DNA of 25,449 nt from a virus (taxonomy: Duplodnaviria > Caudoviricetes): IMG/VR virus record IMGVR_UViG_3300032266_000268, positions 1 to 25,449 of that record. One strand, given 5' to 3'. Shown here piece after piece: positions 7,487 to 16,827 of the stretch. The notes beneath the pieces were generated by a model, which ran no database searches, was not told where the DNA came from, and worked only from the letters and a program-made list of their open reading frames with translations. Numbering within the stretch: the stretch's first letter is position 1; the number at the start of each line of letters is the position of its first letter. The position numbers and the translations under genes are program-made.

Positions 7487-8905
7487 TTATCCATCAATAC
7501 GCCAAACCGTTGGCACAGTTACTGCAAACCCCGCAGCAATCACAACAGGACCCACACTAAATCCGTTTGAGCCAGTTGTAATTGTGTAATTCTGGCTGAT
7601 TGTTCTGTATGACTCAAGGATAGGTCCACTGCTCCCACCGCCAGTATATATGGGAATGTTAAGCGTATTCCCTACAAACGTAGCCGCACCGCTTGACCCA
7701 GTTGTAGTCAGCGAAATCGGTGCTTGGTAATCCGTCCCGGAAACAGCAATCGACAACGCGCCAGTGCTGGTAGTTGACTTAACAATTCCAGTCGTGAGAG
7801 CACTTGTACCCGCAGAATAATCCGTACCTGCCGTCGCAGCAGTGATTGCGCTAGTGCCGTTCCCTTTCAGAACCCCGGTGAGCGTTGTGGCTCCGGTTCC
7901 GCCCCTGTTTACCGATATAGTTGCGCCGTTCCATGTTGCCGAGGTAATTGAACCGGGGTAATCAAGCGTGTTCGTTGACCACGATACGTTGGCCGGTGTC
8001 TGGTCGTGCCTATCCCAAGTTCCGGCAGATGTTCCATTTGCAGTCAGAATGACGGTGGTATATCCACCCGAAGGCACCGACACTACTAATGTAGCCAATG
8101 CGTTATTAACAGTTATTGCACCGCTAGACTGGTTGTTGTTAAACGAAAATATTGCCCCTACTGGGAGAGTTGTGGCATTGGGCAACTGAATAACTTGACC
8201 ACCAGACCCAGTAACAAAGTAAACCGGGGTTGATGCCGCAGTCAGCGTAATCGTGGTGCCAGATGCAGCAACACTCGTGAACCCGTTAAACGTGGCGTTA
8301 GTTGATATGTTGCTGTTTGCGTCTTTGACAACAATCCCGCTGGCAGCGTTGGTCGTTACTCCAAGCGCCGTTACAACTCCGGTACCCGTTGTAATCGTTG
8401 AAGGGGCTGCGCCAGCACCTCCGCCAACCACAAGAGCATTCGATGCAAGCGCCGCGCTCGATGCCCAAGTGCTAGACGAAGAAAAGTAAACAACCCCGCC
8501 AGAAGTCCCGGCAACGGATAGGGCTAAAGTTCCGCTTGTGGTTACTGGATTGCCAGAAACCGAAATCAATCCACCAGTAAATGACTGGTCAACGGACGTT
8601 ACAGTTCCACCACCTCCGCTGCTAACCGTAGCCCACGAGGTGGTCGTTCCGTTGGTTGTGAGGTACTTCCCGGAATTGCCCGTCTGAGAAGGAAGCAGCG
8701 CGTTGATTGCTGCCGTTGCAGTTGTCTGCCCCGTACCGCCGTTGGCAATGTTGAGTACGCCATCAAGCGTAATCGTTCCAGAGGTCGTTACCGGACCTCC
8801 GGATGTGGTTATCCCGGTAGTACCCCCAGAAACATCAACTGACGTTACCGTGCCCGAACCACCACCCCCACCAGAGAACGGCTCCGTGAGCAGGACGACT
8901 GACAT
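7487..8905 (-). CDS. tail fibre protein, 472 aa
   Basis: Gly/Thr/Ser-rich; repeated GGGGTVTSVD, NGGTG/RGGTG and GTDY motifs; C-terminal TISQNYTITTG..GFSVGP. Confidence 0.78.
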   Translation of the reverse strand: MSVVLLTEPFSGGGGGSGTVTSVDVSGGTTGITTSGGPVTTSGTITLDGVLNIANGGTGQTTATAAINALLPSQTGNSGKYLTTNGTTTSWATVSSGGGGTVTSVDQSFTGGLISVSGNPVTTSGTLALSVAGTSGGVVYFSSSSTWASSAALASNALVVGGGAGAAPSTITTGTGVVTALGVTTNAASGIVVKDANSNISTNATFNGFTSVAASGTTITLTAASTPVYFVTGSGGQVIQLPNATTLPVGAIFSFNNNQSSGAITVNNALATLVVSVPSGGYTTVILTANGTSAGTWDRHDQTPANVSWSTNTLDYPGSITSATWNGATISVNRGGTGATTLTGVLKGNGTSAITAATAGTDYSAGTSALTTGIVKSTTSTGALSIAVSGTDYQAPISLTTTGSSGAATFVGNTLNIPIYTGGGSSGPILESYRTISQNYTITTGSNGFSVGPVVIAAGFAVTVPTVWRIDG

Positions 8906-9450
8906 TACAACCCTTCAACGAAGGCTTTTGTCTTTGCCAATAGTGCTGCTTTAATACCTGCTACTTCTTCCTGCAGGGCTTCTGTTGCCGCCTGCGCTGC
9001 TGTCAAATTGTCCAATTGAACTTTGGCCGCAGCAGTAGCCGCCTTGGCTTCTGACTCTGCCCGTTTAACATCGGCCAACGAAATTTCTGCTTGCGACAAC
9101 ACCGCAGTAGATTGGTCTTTCTGCGCTTTAGCTTGTGCAATCAACGTATCGGCTTGACCTTGTGCATCGGCAAGAATACCGGCAGCATCTGCATGAGCGC
9201 CACCAACAATACTATCGGCTTCTACTTTTGCGTCTGCTACAGCTTGCGCTGCGGCTGCGCGGTCTACGTCTGCTTGTGCCCGAATAGCAACAATCTCAGA
9301 GACAGGACCGACTAACTCCACATACTTTTTGTTTTCGGCAGTGGCTTCAGTCAACGCCTTGAGCTTGTCCGCATAAACAGTCGGGTCAGCAAGCAGCGTC
9401 GAAAGCAAATCAAACGTCGAGTTAGAACCATCAATGCTGCTAGCAATCAT
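8905..9450 (-). CDS. Ala-rich coiled-coil hypothetical protein, 181 aa
   Basis: Operon packing (TAATG and ATGA overlaps); helical A/Q/E/K composition. Confidence 0.7.
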   Translation of the reverse strand: MIASSIDGSNSTFDLLSTLLADPTVYADKLKALTEATAENKKYVELVGPVSEIVAIRAQADVDRAAAAQAVADAKVEADSIVGGAHADAAGILADAQGQADTLIAQAKAQKDQSTAVLSQAEISLADVKRAESEAKAATAAAKVQLDNLTAAQAATEALQEEVAGIKAALLAKTKAFVEGL

Positions 9451-9803
9451 GCTAATCCGCCTCCACCACCTTGGATGATGGTCAAAGTAGCAGTGCCAGA
9501 AGACGAAGGCGACGCTGGAGAAATAATCCGAATACCCCGTACAGGATACGAGACGTTTGAATCTTTCGTGGTCGTCTGCGTTCCCAACGTGGGATGGTCA
9601 GTCCAGTTCGCACCAGCAGCATTGGGGTTGTAGCCCGCAGCAAACACATCGTCAAACGTGTATTGCACCGTATAGGTGATAGACCCTGTAACCACCACAC
9701 TCAAAGCAATGTTTGCCGGAGAAATGTAGTAGTCGATTGGGCATACCTGCGAGACAATCTTAGTACCAGCGCCGCCGGTAATCGTGTAAACAATCGGGCG
9801 CAT
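9447..9803 (-). CDS. small beta-rich virion protein, 118 aa
   Basis: YTVQYTFDD...WTDHP...PVRGIRI alternating beta pattern; context between capsid and fibre genes. Confidence 0.65.
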   Translation of the reverse strand: MRPIVYTITGGAGTKIVSQVCPIDYYISPANIALSVVVTGSITYTVQYTFDDVFAAGYNPNAAGANWTDHPTLGTQTTTKDSNVSYPVRGIRIISPASPSSSGTATLTIIQGGGGGLA

Positions 9804-9812
9804 GTCAGCCCC

Positions 9813-10343
9813 TTAGTTCTGGAAACCGCTAGGCGATTGTGAACCGTCAGAGTTAGCCACCGAATAAATGATGGTGTACTGAACCGTACCGGCAGTTACA
9901 GCAGCTACAGTAGGAGTCAAGGTTGCAATAACTTTTACGTCCGTTGAGCCAATACCAATACCGTTTGGCGATGCTGTTGAAGTTGCACCAGCCCATGCAG
10001 CGAGTTTGGCAGATGCGTTAGAAATAGCAGCGCGGCCTTGAGACGTGATGTCCGTAGAAGCCCAATACAGTGCGGCGGTTGAGCCATCACCAATTGTGAC
10101 GTTAGCAGCGGTCGAGCCGGTAAATGCAACTAGCGTATCGATGTGGATGAATTGAATCTGAGCGCCAGCAGGGAGAACGCAGATGGTGTCCGTGGTAGCT
10201 GAAGCAGCTTGACCCGTGTAGTCTTTTTTAAACGTCTGCGAGACTAGCGTTGCGCCAGTATTGCGAATATTGCCAACGGTCGTGCCGGTGGTGTACTTAA
10301 TGGTGCCAAGAAGCCAAGGCCCAAGGTGCGTAGCAAAACCCAT
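9813..10343 (-). CDS. beta-rich virion/capsid accessory protein, 176 aa
   Basis: First gene after the MCP; GAGGA RBS; LPAGAQI...V..AF...A.VTIG pattern. Confidence 0.7.
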   Translation of the reverse strand: MGFATHLGPWLLGTIKYTTGTTVGNIRNTGATLVSQTFKKDYTGQAASATTDTICVLPAGAQIQFIHIDTLVAFTGSTAANVTIGDGSTAALYWASTDITSQGRAAISNASAKLAAWAGATSTASPNGIGIGSTDVKVIATLTPTVAAVTAGTVQYTIIYSVANSDGSQSPSGFQN

Positions 10344-10361
10344 AATAGTATCCTCAAATCA

Positions 10362-10421
10362 AAACTTGCCGTCTCTTGAGGAGAGTCTGCCTAGTCAGTC
10401 AGCAAGTCGGGTGGTCTAGGT
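10362..10421 (-). ncRNA. pseudoknotted RNA element downstream of the capsid gene (Mu-gpT-DE-like candidate)
   Basis: CCUAG(10420-10416)/CUAGG(10394-10390) crossed by ACUUGCUG(10407-10400)/CGGCAAGU(10371-10364), plus a small UCUC/GAGA hairpin; sits 3' of a gpT-like capsid gene. Confidence 0.55.
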
Positions 10422-10428
10422 ATTTCAC

Positions 10429-10437
10429 TTTATAACA
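10429..10437 (-). promoter_or_regulatory. extended -10 promoter (TG-n-TATAAA) restarting transcription after the capsid terminator
   Basis: TGTTATAAA on the minus strand; predicted start site falls at about 10422, the 5' edge of the RNA element. Confidence 0.5.
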
Positions 10438-10446
10438 CATACTTTA

Positions 10447-10476
10447 GAAAAAGAAAAGGGGGCTTTTGGCCCCCTT
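10447..10476 (-). terminator. Rho-independent terminator after the major capsid gene
   Basis: AAGGGGGC-CAAAA-GCCCCCUU stem-loop followed by UUCUUUUU, 12 nt after the MCP stop. Confidence 0.85.
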
Positions 10477-10488
10477 CCCTCATACCGA

Positions 10489-11400
10489 TCAGCTAGAACC
10501 GGGCGAACCGTAGATTCCGAGTGGATCAGAAAAACCGAACGAATAACGCTCACGCGCCTTGTAACGTACGTTACCGGTATCGAAATCACCATCCATGGAG
10601 TTCGTCAATGGCGTACGCTCAAAGTGCTTCAGGCCGTTTGGAACATCGGTAGTCAGATACCAGCCGTTCGTGTCGGTCAAGAAGTGGTTAACGGTGTAAC
10701 CCTCGGGGATTGCGCCGTTGTTCTTCAGAGCGTTGATGTCGTTGTCGGTTGTGCCAACACGCAGGCTGGTTTCCAACAGACGGGTAGCAACGAACATCAA
10801 TGATGGAGGAATGATCAGCTTACGTGGCTTTGCTGCGATCAGCAGGCCGCGCTCATCCGTCCATGCAGCGATTTGAATAACCGCGTTTTCCAACGAAGTT
10901 TCATTCAAGTCAGCAGCCGTGGAAGGCGTGTTGCTGTTCGTACCACCAGAGACCAGCGGGTGTGCTGTGTTAAACAACGAAACTCCATCACCACCGGGGA
11001 AGGCGCTGTTAAAGCCGTTGTTAATAACCGCAGCAGCTTTGACCTGCTTGGTGTACGCCATTGCACGCGCCAGACCCTTGGTGTAACGAGCAGACAGGCT
11101 GTCGTACAGGTTGTCCTCAATCGCTTCTTCGGTGATCGAAAAACCAAGAGCAATGGTCTCGTGGGTGTAGCGAGCGGTGAAGGCTTCCTGCGCATTGTCA
11201 TACGCAATTGATTGGCCTTCGTTTTTGACTGGGGCAGCGGAGAAACCAGACAGCTTGGTCTCTTCTTCAAAGCTACGCTCCGATTTCTCGGTTTCGTAGA
11301 TTTCTTTGTGCTCTTCGCCATAACGGGCATACTCCAAACCAAACAGAGCGTTAAGCCCCGGCAGGAGTTCTTTTAGTAGTTGGGCGCGTGAAATAGCCAT
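10489..11400 (-). CDS. major capsid protein (Mu gpT-like, HK97 fold), 303 aa
   Basis: MAISRAQLLKELLPGLNALFGLEY N-terminus, K.EG..I.YD, PRKLIIP, DFDTGNVRYKARERYSFG; AAGGAG RBS; followed by a terminator. Confidence 0.92.
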   Translation of the reverse strand: MAISRAQLLKELLPGLNALFGLEYARYGEEHKEIYETEKSERSFEEETKLSGFSAAPVKNEGQSIAYDNAQEAFTARYTHETIALGFSITEEAIEDNLYDSLSARYTKGLARAMAYTKQVKAAAVINNGFNSAFPGGDGVSLFNTAHPLVSGGTNSNTPSTAADLNETSLENAVIQIAAWTDERGLLIAAKPRKLIIPPSLMFVATRLLETSLRVGTTDNDINALKNNGAIPEGYTVNHFLTDTNGWYLTTDVPNGLKHFERTPLTNSMDGDFDTGNVRYKARERYSFGFSDPLGIYGSPGSS

Positions 11401-11410
11401 TATTTACTCC

Positions 11411-12274
11411 TTAGACACCAGTGGTGTTGTTCATGGAATGGAAGTTTCCGTTCCACGTTACCAAGACTTCCGGGAACCCGATAAACGAGCAGGTCGTACC
11501 CGAAGCAACAGTGATAGCACTGCTGACCGTGAGCGTCGTGCCGTTTACGTTGGTAACCGTGATGTAGTTACCTTGGGCCGCACCAGTACCTGCGGCGACA
11601 ACCTGCATACCTGCAAGAATTGCCGAGTTAGAAGCAGCCAACGTGAGGGTGGTGGATGAACCCGAAGTCGATGCAACAGCCGAAACCACTACAGCGCTAT
11701 CTGGAACAACACCAACAACACGCCACGGAGCAGCGGTGGTAACACGTGTGTTACCCGTACCGTTGGAAACCACGCCGCCGGTCAGTGCGAGGTACGAGTT
11801 ACCGTTGACCGTAGAGCCACTGTTACCCGTCAGGGTATACATGTTAGTACCAACAAACGCAGGGTTAACATAACCAATGGTCGTGTTAGCTGTGTTTGCC
11901 AATGAAGTTCCCTGACCCGTTACAGCGGCTTTAAACACCGTGCGAGGATCATCAACAACATAAGCAAGTGCGTTGTTAGAAACCGTGCTTGCAGGCCAGT
12001 ACTGGCTCTGAATGGTCTGCGACAGGCTATTTACGTACTGACAGCCAACAAACACGCCAATCGTTCCAGCAATTGCTGACGTAGGACTGGATGCGGCGCT
12101 GTAGTTGTCAATAACAATAGTGCCATTGGAAAGCTTAACGGTGTCGCCGTTAAACAGGCTGGTTGAATATCCAGTGGCAATTGGATACATACGGGTGGAA
12201 CCCGCGTATACCAGCCCACCGAACTCGTTTACGGGTTTTAACCCGTAGGGAGAACTAATAACAGGATAAGCCAT
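11411..12274 (-). CDS. putative minor capsid / decoration protein, 287 aa
   Basis: Immediately upstream of the MCP; PYGLKPV, LFNGD.V, GVFVGCQY, VVDDP motifs; GGAG RBS. Confidence 0.6.
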   Translation of the reverse strand: MAYPVISSPYGLKPVNEFGGLVYAGSTRMYPIATGYSTSLFNGDTVKLSNGTIVIDNYSAASSPTSAIAGTIGVFVGCQYVNSLSQTIQSQYWPASTVSNNALAYVVDDPRTVFKAAVTGQGTSLANTANTTIGYVNPAFVGTNMYTLTGNSGSTVNGNSYLALTGGVVSNGTGNTRVTTAAPWRVVGVVPDSAVVVSAVASTSGSSTTLTLAASNSAILAGMQVVAAGTGAAQGNYITVTNVNGTTLTVSSAITVASGTTCSFIGFPEVLVTWNGNFHSMNNTTGV

Positions 12275-12285
12275 TTAAAACTCCA

Positions 12286-12738
12286 TTATTTAATACCGGA
12301 ACCAAATCCGCCACGGCTGACCGTTGACTTACGATCTGCAAACAGCGGCATACGGGGGTCATTGTTGCGCATGAAGTTGTTATCAACAGACTCCATTTGT
12401 TTTTGCGCCTGATCGTTGTAGTACTCCGACATGGCTTCCGATTTTTCGTGCGAGATTTTGCAGAGCAAAAGCCCACCGATTTCCACATTGCCGTCGTTGT
12501 TACCTTCAATCATTAGCTCGGGATGGTCTTTTGCCTTGACCGGAACCCAACCCATCCTAAATTTGCCCGACACGTTAGTTGGAGCAGACTGTCCCAATAT
12601 GTGCGTTGCAATCCAACGGAAAGCATAGCCCGGTTCAGGGGTAGGATCTGGCAAGGAACTCGGCGGTACATAAACAGCCCGAGCAGTTTTTTCGCGTGAC
12701 GCCAAGTCACGGGGGGTACGAGCGTTAGTTTCAGCCAT
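12286..12738 (-). CDS. conserved head-module hypothetical protein, 150 aa
   Basis: PPSSLP.P.P.PGYAFRWI...GWVPVKA.DHPE...IGGLLLCK; start reassigned to ATG 12738 (GGAG 7 nt upstream). Confidence 0.75.
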   Translation of the reverse strand: MAETNARTPRDLASREKTARAVYVPPSSLPDPTPEPGYAFRWIATHILGQSAPTNVSGKFRMGWVPVKAKDHPELMIEGNNDGNVEIGGLLLCKISHEKSEAMSEYYNDQAQKQMESVDNNFMRNNDPRMPLFADRKSTVSRGGFGSGIK

Positions 12739-13648
12739 TTGCATTCTCCAATTTAACCAGTTGATCAGCGTATTGTTTCGGTGTTAGGCCAAACTTCTTA
12801 GCCAACGCAACCTGCGTTGTAGTTAGTTTGACTTGGCGGGTGCCTGACGAGCGTGTCGCAGGCGCAACAACTGCCGATTGTTTCTTGGAGGTAGACCCCC
12901 CAAACATGTCAGGGAAAGTCTTATGCAGGCGTGAATCTATCGCCTGAAAGTACTCATCGCTTCGCGGGTCGGTGCCCGTAGTCACTAGTTTTTGATGCAG
13001 CCCTAGCGCGTAGCTGGTAACTTCCTCGTACCCCGGTGATCCAAACCACTGGTTTTTTGCCTGCCAGCGCAGAGTTTTTTCGTCCGGTTGGACCGCTTGG
13101 GGAGCGGATACTTGTCTTTGTACAGTATCTGAAGTTGTTTGTAAAGGGGTTGGCCTAAAGTTCTTGATCGACTCCAGTTTTAATTTGGCTTCGGTCAACG
13201 CTTCTTGTGCGGCAATAATTGCGTCAGTATCAAAAGCTTCCTGCGCTTCTTTGTATTGACGGCGTACCGCAACCAATTCGGCTTCCGCTGCCGCTTTTGC
13301 AGTCTCGGCATACTGAACAGTTCCGTTATCTACGTACTGTTTAAGCTGTTGGTTTTCAGACAACAACTGCTGCGCAAAGCGCTCAAGCTCTTGCTTCTCC
13401 CGCAGGGTGGCTTCTTTAGCACGGCGCTCATCATGGCGTGCGTGCGTTAATTCTTTGATGCGCCCCTTAACTTTGTCGGAGTAGGACTCGATCTCATCAT
13501 CAGTCGGGTCTTCTACTTCCCGGTCCAGCGGCTTGCGCCCCCGGTCTTGTTCGGGCGTATCGTCAACGATTTCGACTTCAATGTCTTCGTCGTTTGGTTT
13601 AATGGCTTGTACGCCATTCGTTTCATCGGGGAACTTGTAATCTTCCAT
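12731..13648 (-). CDS. putative capsid scaffolding protein, 305 aa
   Basis: Acidic N-terminus, long coiled coil, W...N.WFG, C-terminal VKLT..QVALAKKFGLT..QYA; position between portal and MCP. Confidence 0.7.
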   Translation of the reverse strand: MEDYKFPDETNGVQAIKPNDEDIEVEIVDDTPEQDRGRKPLDREVEDPTDDEIESYSDKVKGRIKELTHARHDERRAKEATLREKQELERFAQQLLSENQQLKQYVDNGTVQYAETAKAAAEAELVAVRRQYKEAQEAFDTDAIIAAQEALTEAKLKLESIKNFRPTPLQTTSDTVQRQVSAPQAVQPDEKTLRWQAKNQWFGSPGYEEVTSYALGLHQKLVTTGTDPRSDEYFQAIDSRLHKTFPDMFGGSTSKKQSAVVAPATRSSGTRQVKLTTTQVALAKKFGLTPKQYADQLVKLENANG

Positions 13649-13660
13649 GTGCTACCTCAG

Positions 13661-14026
13661 TTAAGCGCGGCTAATGCCACGGGGGTCTTCAACAACAGCC
13701 TCAACCTGATCGTCATTGATCAGACGGAATTCGCGGTCAAAGAGTTTCAATCGCGTACCGGAATAGGTACGTACCAAAACAAAGTCGCCCTCTTTACACC
13801 AAGCGCCAGAAGCAAACTTTGCTTTGTCCTTGTATGCGTCAGGGCCTAGCTTTACTACAAAAAGCACCGTTGTTGCATGCTCTTCCTGCCGGATAAACGC
13901 ATCGGGCTTAACAATTTCTGTACCCTCAAACGTGTTGTCCATCTCGGGAATAGCGCAAAAAATCTTCCATCCCGTTGGATCTGGGACCGTCTTTGCTTTT
14001 TGCTCAGGCGTAAGTTCTTCAGTCAT
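13661..14026 (-). CDS. groES: GroES/Cpn10-like co-chaperonin, 121 aa
   Basis: P.GWKI, VVKLGPDAY, CKEGDFVLV..YSGT, FRLINDDQVEAVV Cpn10 pattern; start reassigned to ATG 14026. Confidence 0.8.
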   Translation of the reverse strand: MTEELTPEQKAKTVPDPTGWKIFCAIPEMDNTFEGTEIVKPDAFIRQEEHATTVLFVVKLGPDAYKDKAKFASGAWCKEGDFVLVRTYSGTRLKLFDREFRLINDDQVEAVVEDPRGISRA

Positions 14027-14213
14027 TGGCTTCGTCCACTTTTTTAGCAAGGTCGATGATGTAACGCTCTGCGATGGCTAGACCTTGAATGACACCACAG
14101 AGTTTCCGATACTCCTCAAACGATTGACACGCGCCGTTAGCCAAATCATCGGCGTAGTTGTTCAAATCGTCTCGGATTTTTTCGCGCAATACACGGGCAA
14201 ATTCATGAATCAT
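14019..14213 (-). CDS. small helical hypothetical protein, 64 aa
   Basis: ATGA overlap with the portal stop; L..G...FEEY...CG.IQGL pattern. Confidence 0.75.
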   Translation of the reverse strand: MIHEFARVLREKIRDDLNNYADDLANGACQSFEEYRKLCGVIQGLAIAERYIIDLAKKVDEAND

Positions 14214-16819
14214 TCTTTATTCTCCGGCTTGCGTTGTTTAGCTTGTTCAGCCTGCACGGCTGTCTGAGCTTTATGTTTGGCAATATCCGCCCCAATACGA
14301 AGCCCCTCGATCTCGTGCTGGGCTTCTTGCTTAGCTTTGCTTTCTTTAATCTGTGCGCCCATTTTCATCCCGGCAAGCTGCATGTCGCCGGTCATCTTTT
14401 CTTTATCTAGCTCAAGCCGTGCTTGATCCAACGCGGTGCGGCTTGCTTGTGCTTGAGCTTGGACCTGCGCAGCCTGCGCTTGTGCCGCCGCCTGCTGCAT
14501 TTTTAACTGCATGTCCTGCTGCTTTAGCTGTGCGTCAAGCTGTGCTTTCTGAGAATCAAGCTGAATCCGCGCCTGTGCTTCCTGCTGGCGAATCTGCAAA
14601 TCTTGTTGCTTCATCTGCAACTCTTGCATCTGCATCTGGATCAGCGGATCTTGTGCTTGTTGCTGCGCTTGCTGCTGTGCAGCCTGCGCTTTGTTCTGAT
14701 CCACCACTTGCTTTGACGCTTGGGCAATCAGATTAGAAAGCGCATACTCCGCTTCTGGTGGCAAGTCTTCGTCGTATTTAGGCAACGCCGCGCCAAGCTG
14801 CTGCTCTACTTGATAGCGATACAGGAACCCGGCATGCTCGGCAATGTGTTCCATAAGAGCGGCGGAAATCTGCTGAGCTTTCGGGTTCTGCCCAAGTGCC
14901 TGCGCAATCGTTGGGTCCTGAATCATCGCCATATGCACCTGCATATGCGACTTGTGGTCTTGGTAGAAGAACGCCTTGACTGGCTCACTCTTCATCAGGT
15001 TCATGTTCTCCGTTACCGGATCGCGCGGCTTCATGTCCTCTGGCAGCGGCACCAACTTGTCCGCATGCTTAACGCCCAGAATCTCAAGCATCTGCCGGTG
15101 CAACTGCGGCAGGTCGTAAATGTCCGGTGCCATCTGCGCCATCTGAATGACGGCTTGGTACTGAACAACCCGCTGGCTCAACGTCGCAGCGTTGGGATCA
15201 CTAACAGGGATAATATCTACATGGTTATAGTCAGACTTCTTCGCTTTGCGCGGGCCTTCTTCTGGGTCGTAGTCGTACTCGTCGTTAGTCTCGTCCCGAA
15301 CAATCTGCGCAAGCAGGCGCAGTTCTTGCTTGAAGCTGTAGTGCAGACGCGCCTGCACCGCCGTCATTACCTTGAGTTGGCGCTCCAACAGAGCGAGCGT
15401 GGTCCCTACTGGAGCTTGAGCCGACATGTCACTGATCTGCATGTCAGCCGTGGCTGCGAACCTGCGCCCTTCCTCCACAATCGTGGACAGCAACTGGTAC
15501 AGGACGTTTGATGGCTCTTTATACGGCAGCGGCAGGATGTTGTCCCGTAACGCCCCCGAACCAATATCTACATCGCGCCACTCTCCCGGAGCAATTGGTG
15601 TGTCATCGCCCTTAATTCTCAACCCACGGGATTTCAAACCGCCCGGTAGATTCGATAGTGTCCCTGCGTCCACAAGCTGACGCATGATGCTAGTAGCTGA
15701 TTTGGCAAAGCCACCAATCAGATGGAATAAACCAAATCCATACGCACCAAAGCCGGGGATGTAATCGTACTTAACAAAGTGCTGGCGCTTTAGGCAGAAC
15801 TCGTCGTCCTCCCTCCAATTGCGCCGAACAGCCAGTACGTCATTAGTGCCTTTAACAATCGTGATCACATATGGACGCGCGATGCCGGTTTCTTCTCCGT
15901 CATCATCCGTATCTTCAAACCCAGCAATATCCAGATCAGCGTGGATCTCATAAATAATGTAGCGGTCGTCGTTCAGATCACTAAAGCCAGTTTCTTTGTC
16001 TTTGGCTTTTTGGATATCTGTTTGCTCGCGGCTTGGATCTGGCAGTTCAATATCGCGATAAAACCCCGCTTGTTGCAACCGCACAATCTCTTGCTCGGTC
16101 TTGCGCATAACGTGCGTAACCCGATAGCACGTATCCAGATCTGTAGCCCCATACGGCAGGATAATGTCCTCTGCCGGTACAAACATTGATACCGGGCGGT
16201 CAAGCGACGGATCAAAATAAACCTTCTTGAATGCCGAGCCAGTTGCAGGTAAACTCCATAGCATGCGTTCATGCTCGGGCCTAAACTCGCGCATAACTTC
16301 CGTAAGCTCGTAGTTCAAGTCATCCTCAACTCGCTTAGCGGCTTCTTTTTTCTCTGGCGTTTCTTTGCCAAGGATCTTTGTGCGCACCGGACCCTGCGCA
16401 GGAAACGATTCCGTGATAGCCTCGGACTGGAACCGCACAACGGCTTCCGTAATCATGGGGTGGAACACGCCACAAGCACCGTTCCACGGCTCCGTGCGCT
16501 CCTCATACTGGAGGCCCAAGAGTTTTAAGCCCTCTTTGTAAGATTTCTCCCAATCCTTGCGCGAAGCGCGGTCATTACCAACCGCTTCCGTTAGCTCGCC
16601 CGCCAACATATCCAGATCACCTGCGTCAATATCGTCGGCAAGGTTGGCGTAAAAGTCGGACTCTTCACCGTCTGGCTGAATACTGATTTCTAGTGGGCCA
16701 GCCTTGATGTTGACCGCTTCTGGGTCAATGATCTCAATCTCAATGGGTTCTTCCTGCGCAGCCAACGTATCAATGCCCTGCGGCGCGCTATAGAGTGCTT
16801 TATCGATATTAGTAGCCAT
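14210..16819 (-). CDS. portal protein (P22-like, long Gln-rich C-terminal coiled coil), 869 aa
   Basis: Follows TerL; SRKDWE, HPMITEAVVRFQ, GSAFKKVY, YGFGL.HLIG, DAGTLSNLPGG motifs. Confidence 0.9.
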   Translation of the reverse strand: MATNIDKALYSAPQGIDTLAAQEEPIEIEIIDPEAVNIKAGPLEISIQPDGEESDFYANLADDIDAGDLDMLAGELTEAVGNDRASRKDWEKSYKEGLKLLGLQYEERTEPWNGACGVFHPMITEAVVRFQSEAITESFPAQGPVRTKILGKETPEKKEAAKRVEDDLNYELTEVMREFRPEHERMLWSLPATGSAFKKVYFDPSLDRPVSMFVPAEDIILPYGATDLDTCYRVTHVMRKTEQEIVRLQQAGFYRDIELPDPSREQTDIQKAKDKETGFSDLNDDRYIIYEIHADLDIAGFEDTDDDGEETGIARPYVITIVKGTNDVLAVRRNWREDDEFCLKRQHFVKYDYIPGFGAYGFGLFHLIGGFAKSATSIMRQLVDAGTLSNLPGGLKSRGLRIKGDDTPIAPGEWRDVDIGSGALRDNILPLPYKEPSNVLYQLLSTIVEEGRRFAATADMQISDMSAQAPVGTTLALLERQLKVMTAVQARLHYSFKQELRLLAQIVRDETNDEYDYDPEEGPRKAKKSDYNHVDIIPVSDPNAATLSQRVVQYQAVIQMAQMAPDIYDLPQLHRQMLEILGVKHADKLVPLPEDMKPRDPVTENMNLMKSEPVKAFFYQDHKSHMQVHMAMIQDPTIAQALGQNPKAQQISAALMEHIAEHAGFLYRYQVEQQLGAALPKYDEDLPPEAEYALSNLIAQASKQVVDQNKAQAAQQQAQQQAQDPLIQMQMQELQMKQQDLQIRQQEAQARIQLDSQKAQLDAQLKQQDMQLKMQQAAAQAQAAQVQAQAQASRTALDQARLELDKEKMTGDMQLAGMKMGAQIKESKAKQEAQHEIEGLRIGADIAKHKAQTAVQAEQAKQRKPENKE

Positions 16820-16827
16820 TGTTTACC

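Noticed and set aside
10362-10421. HDV-like ribozyme interpretation of the pseudoknot
   Set aside because: Only about 5 nt lie between the second helix strand and the first helix partner, too few for P3/L3
14720-15511. 263-aa plus-strand ORF and similar antisense ORFs across 258-18319
   Set aside because: These are shadows of well-supported minus-strand genes and contain no recognisable motifs
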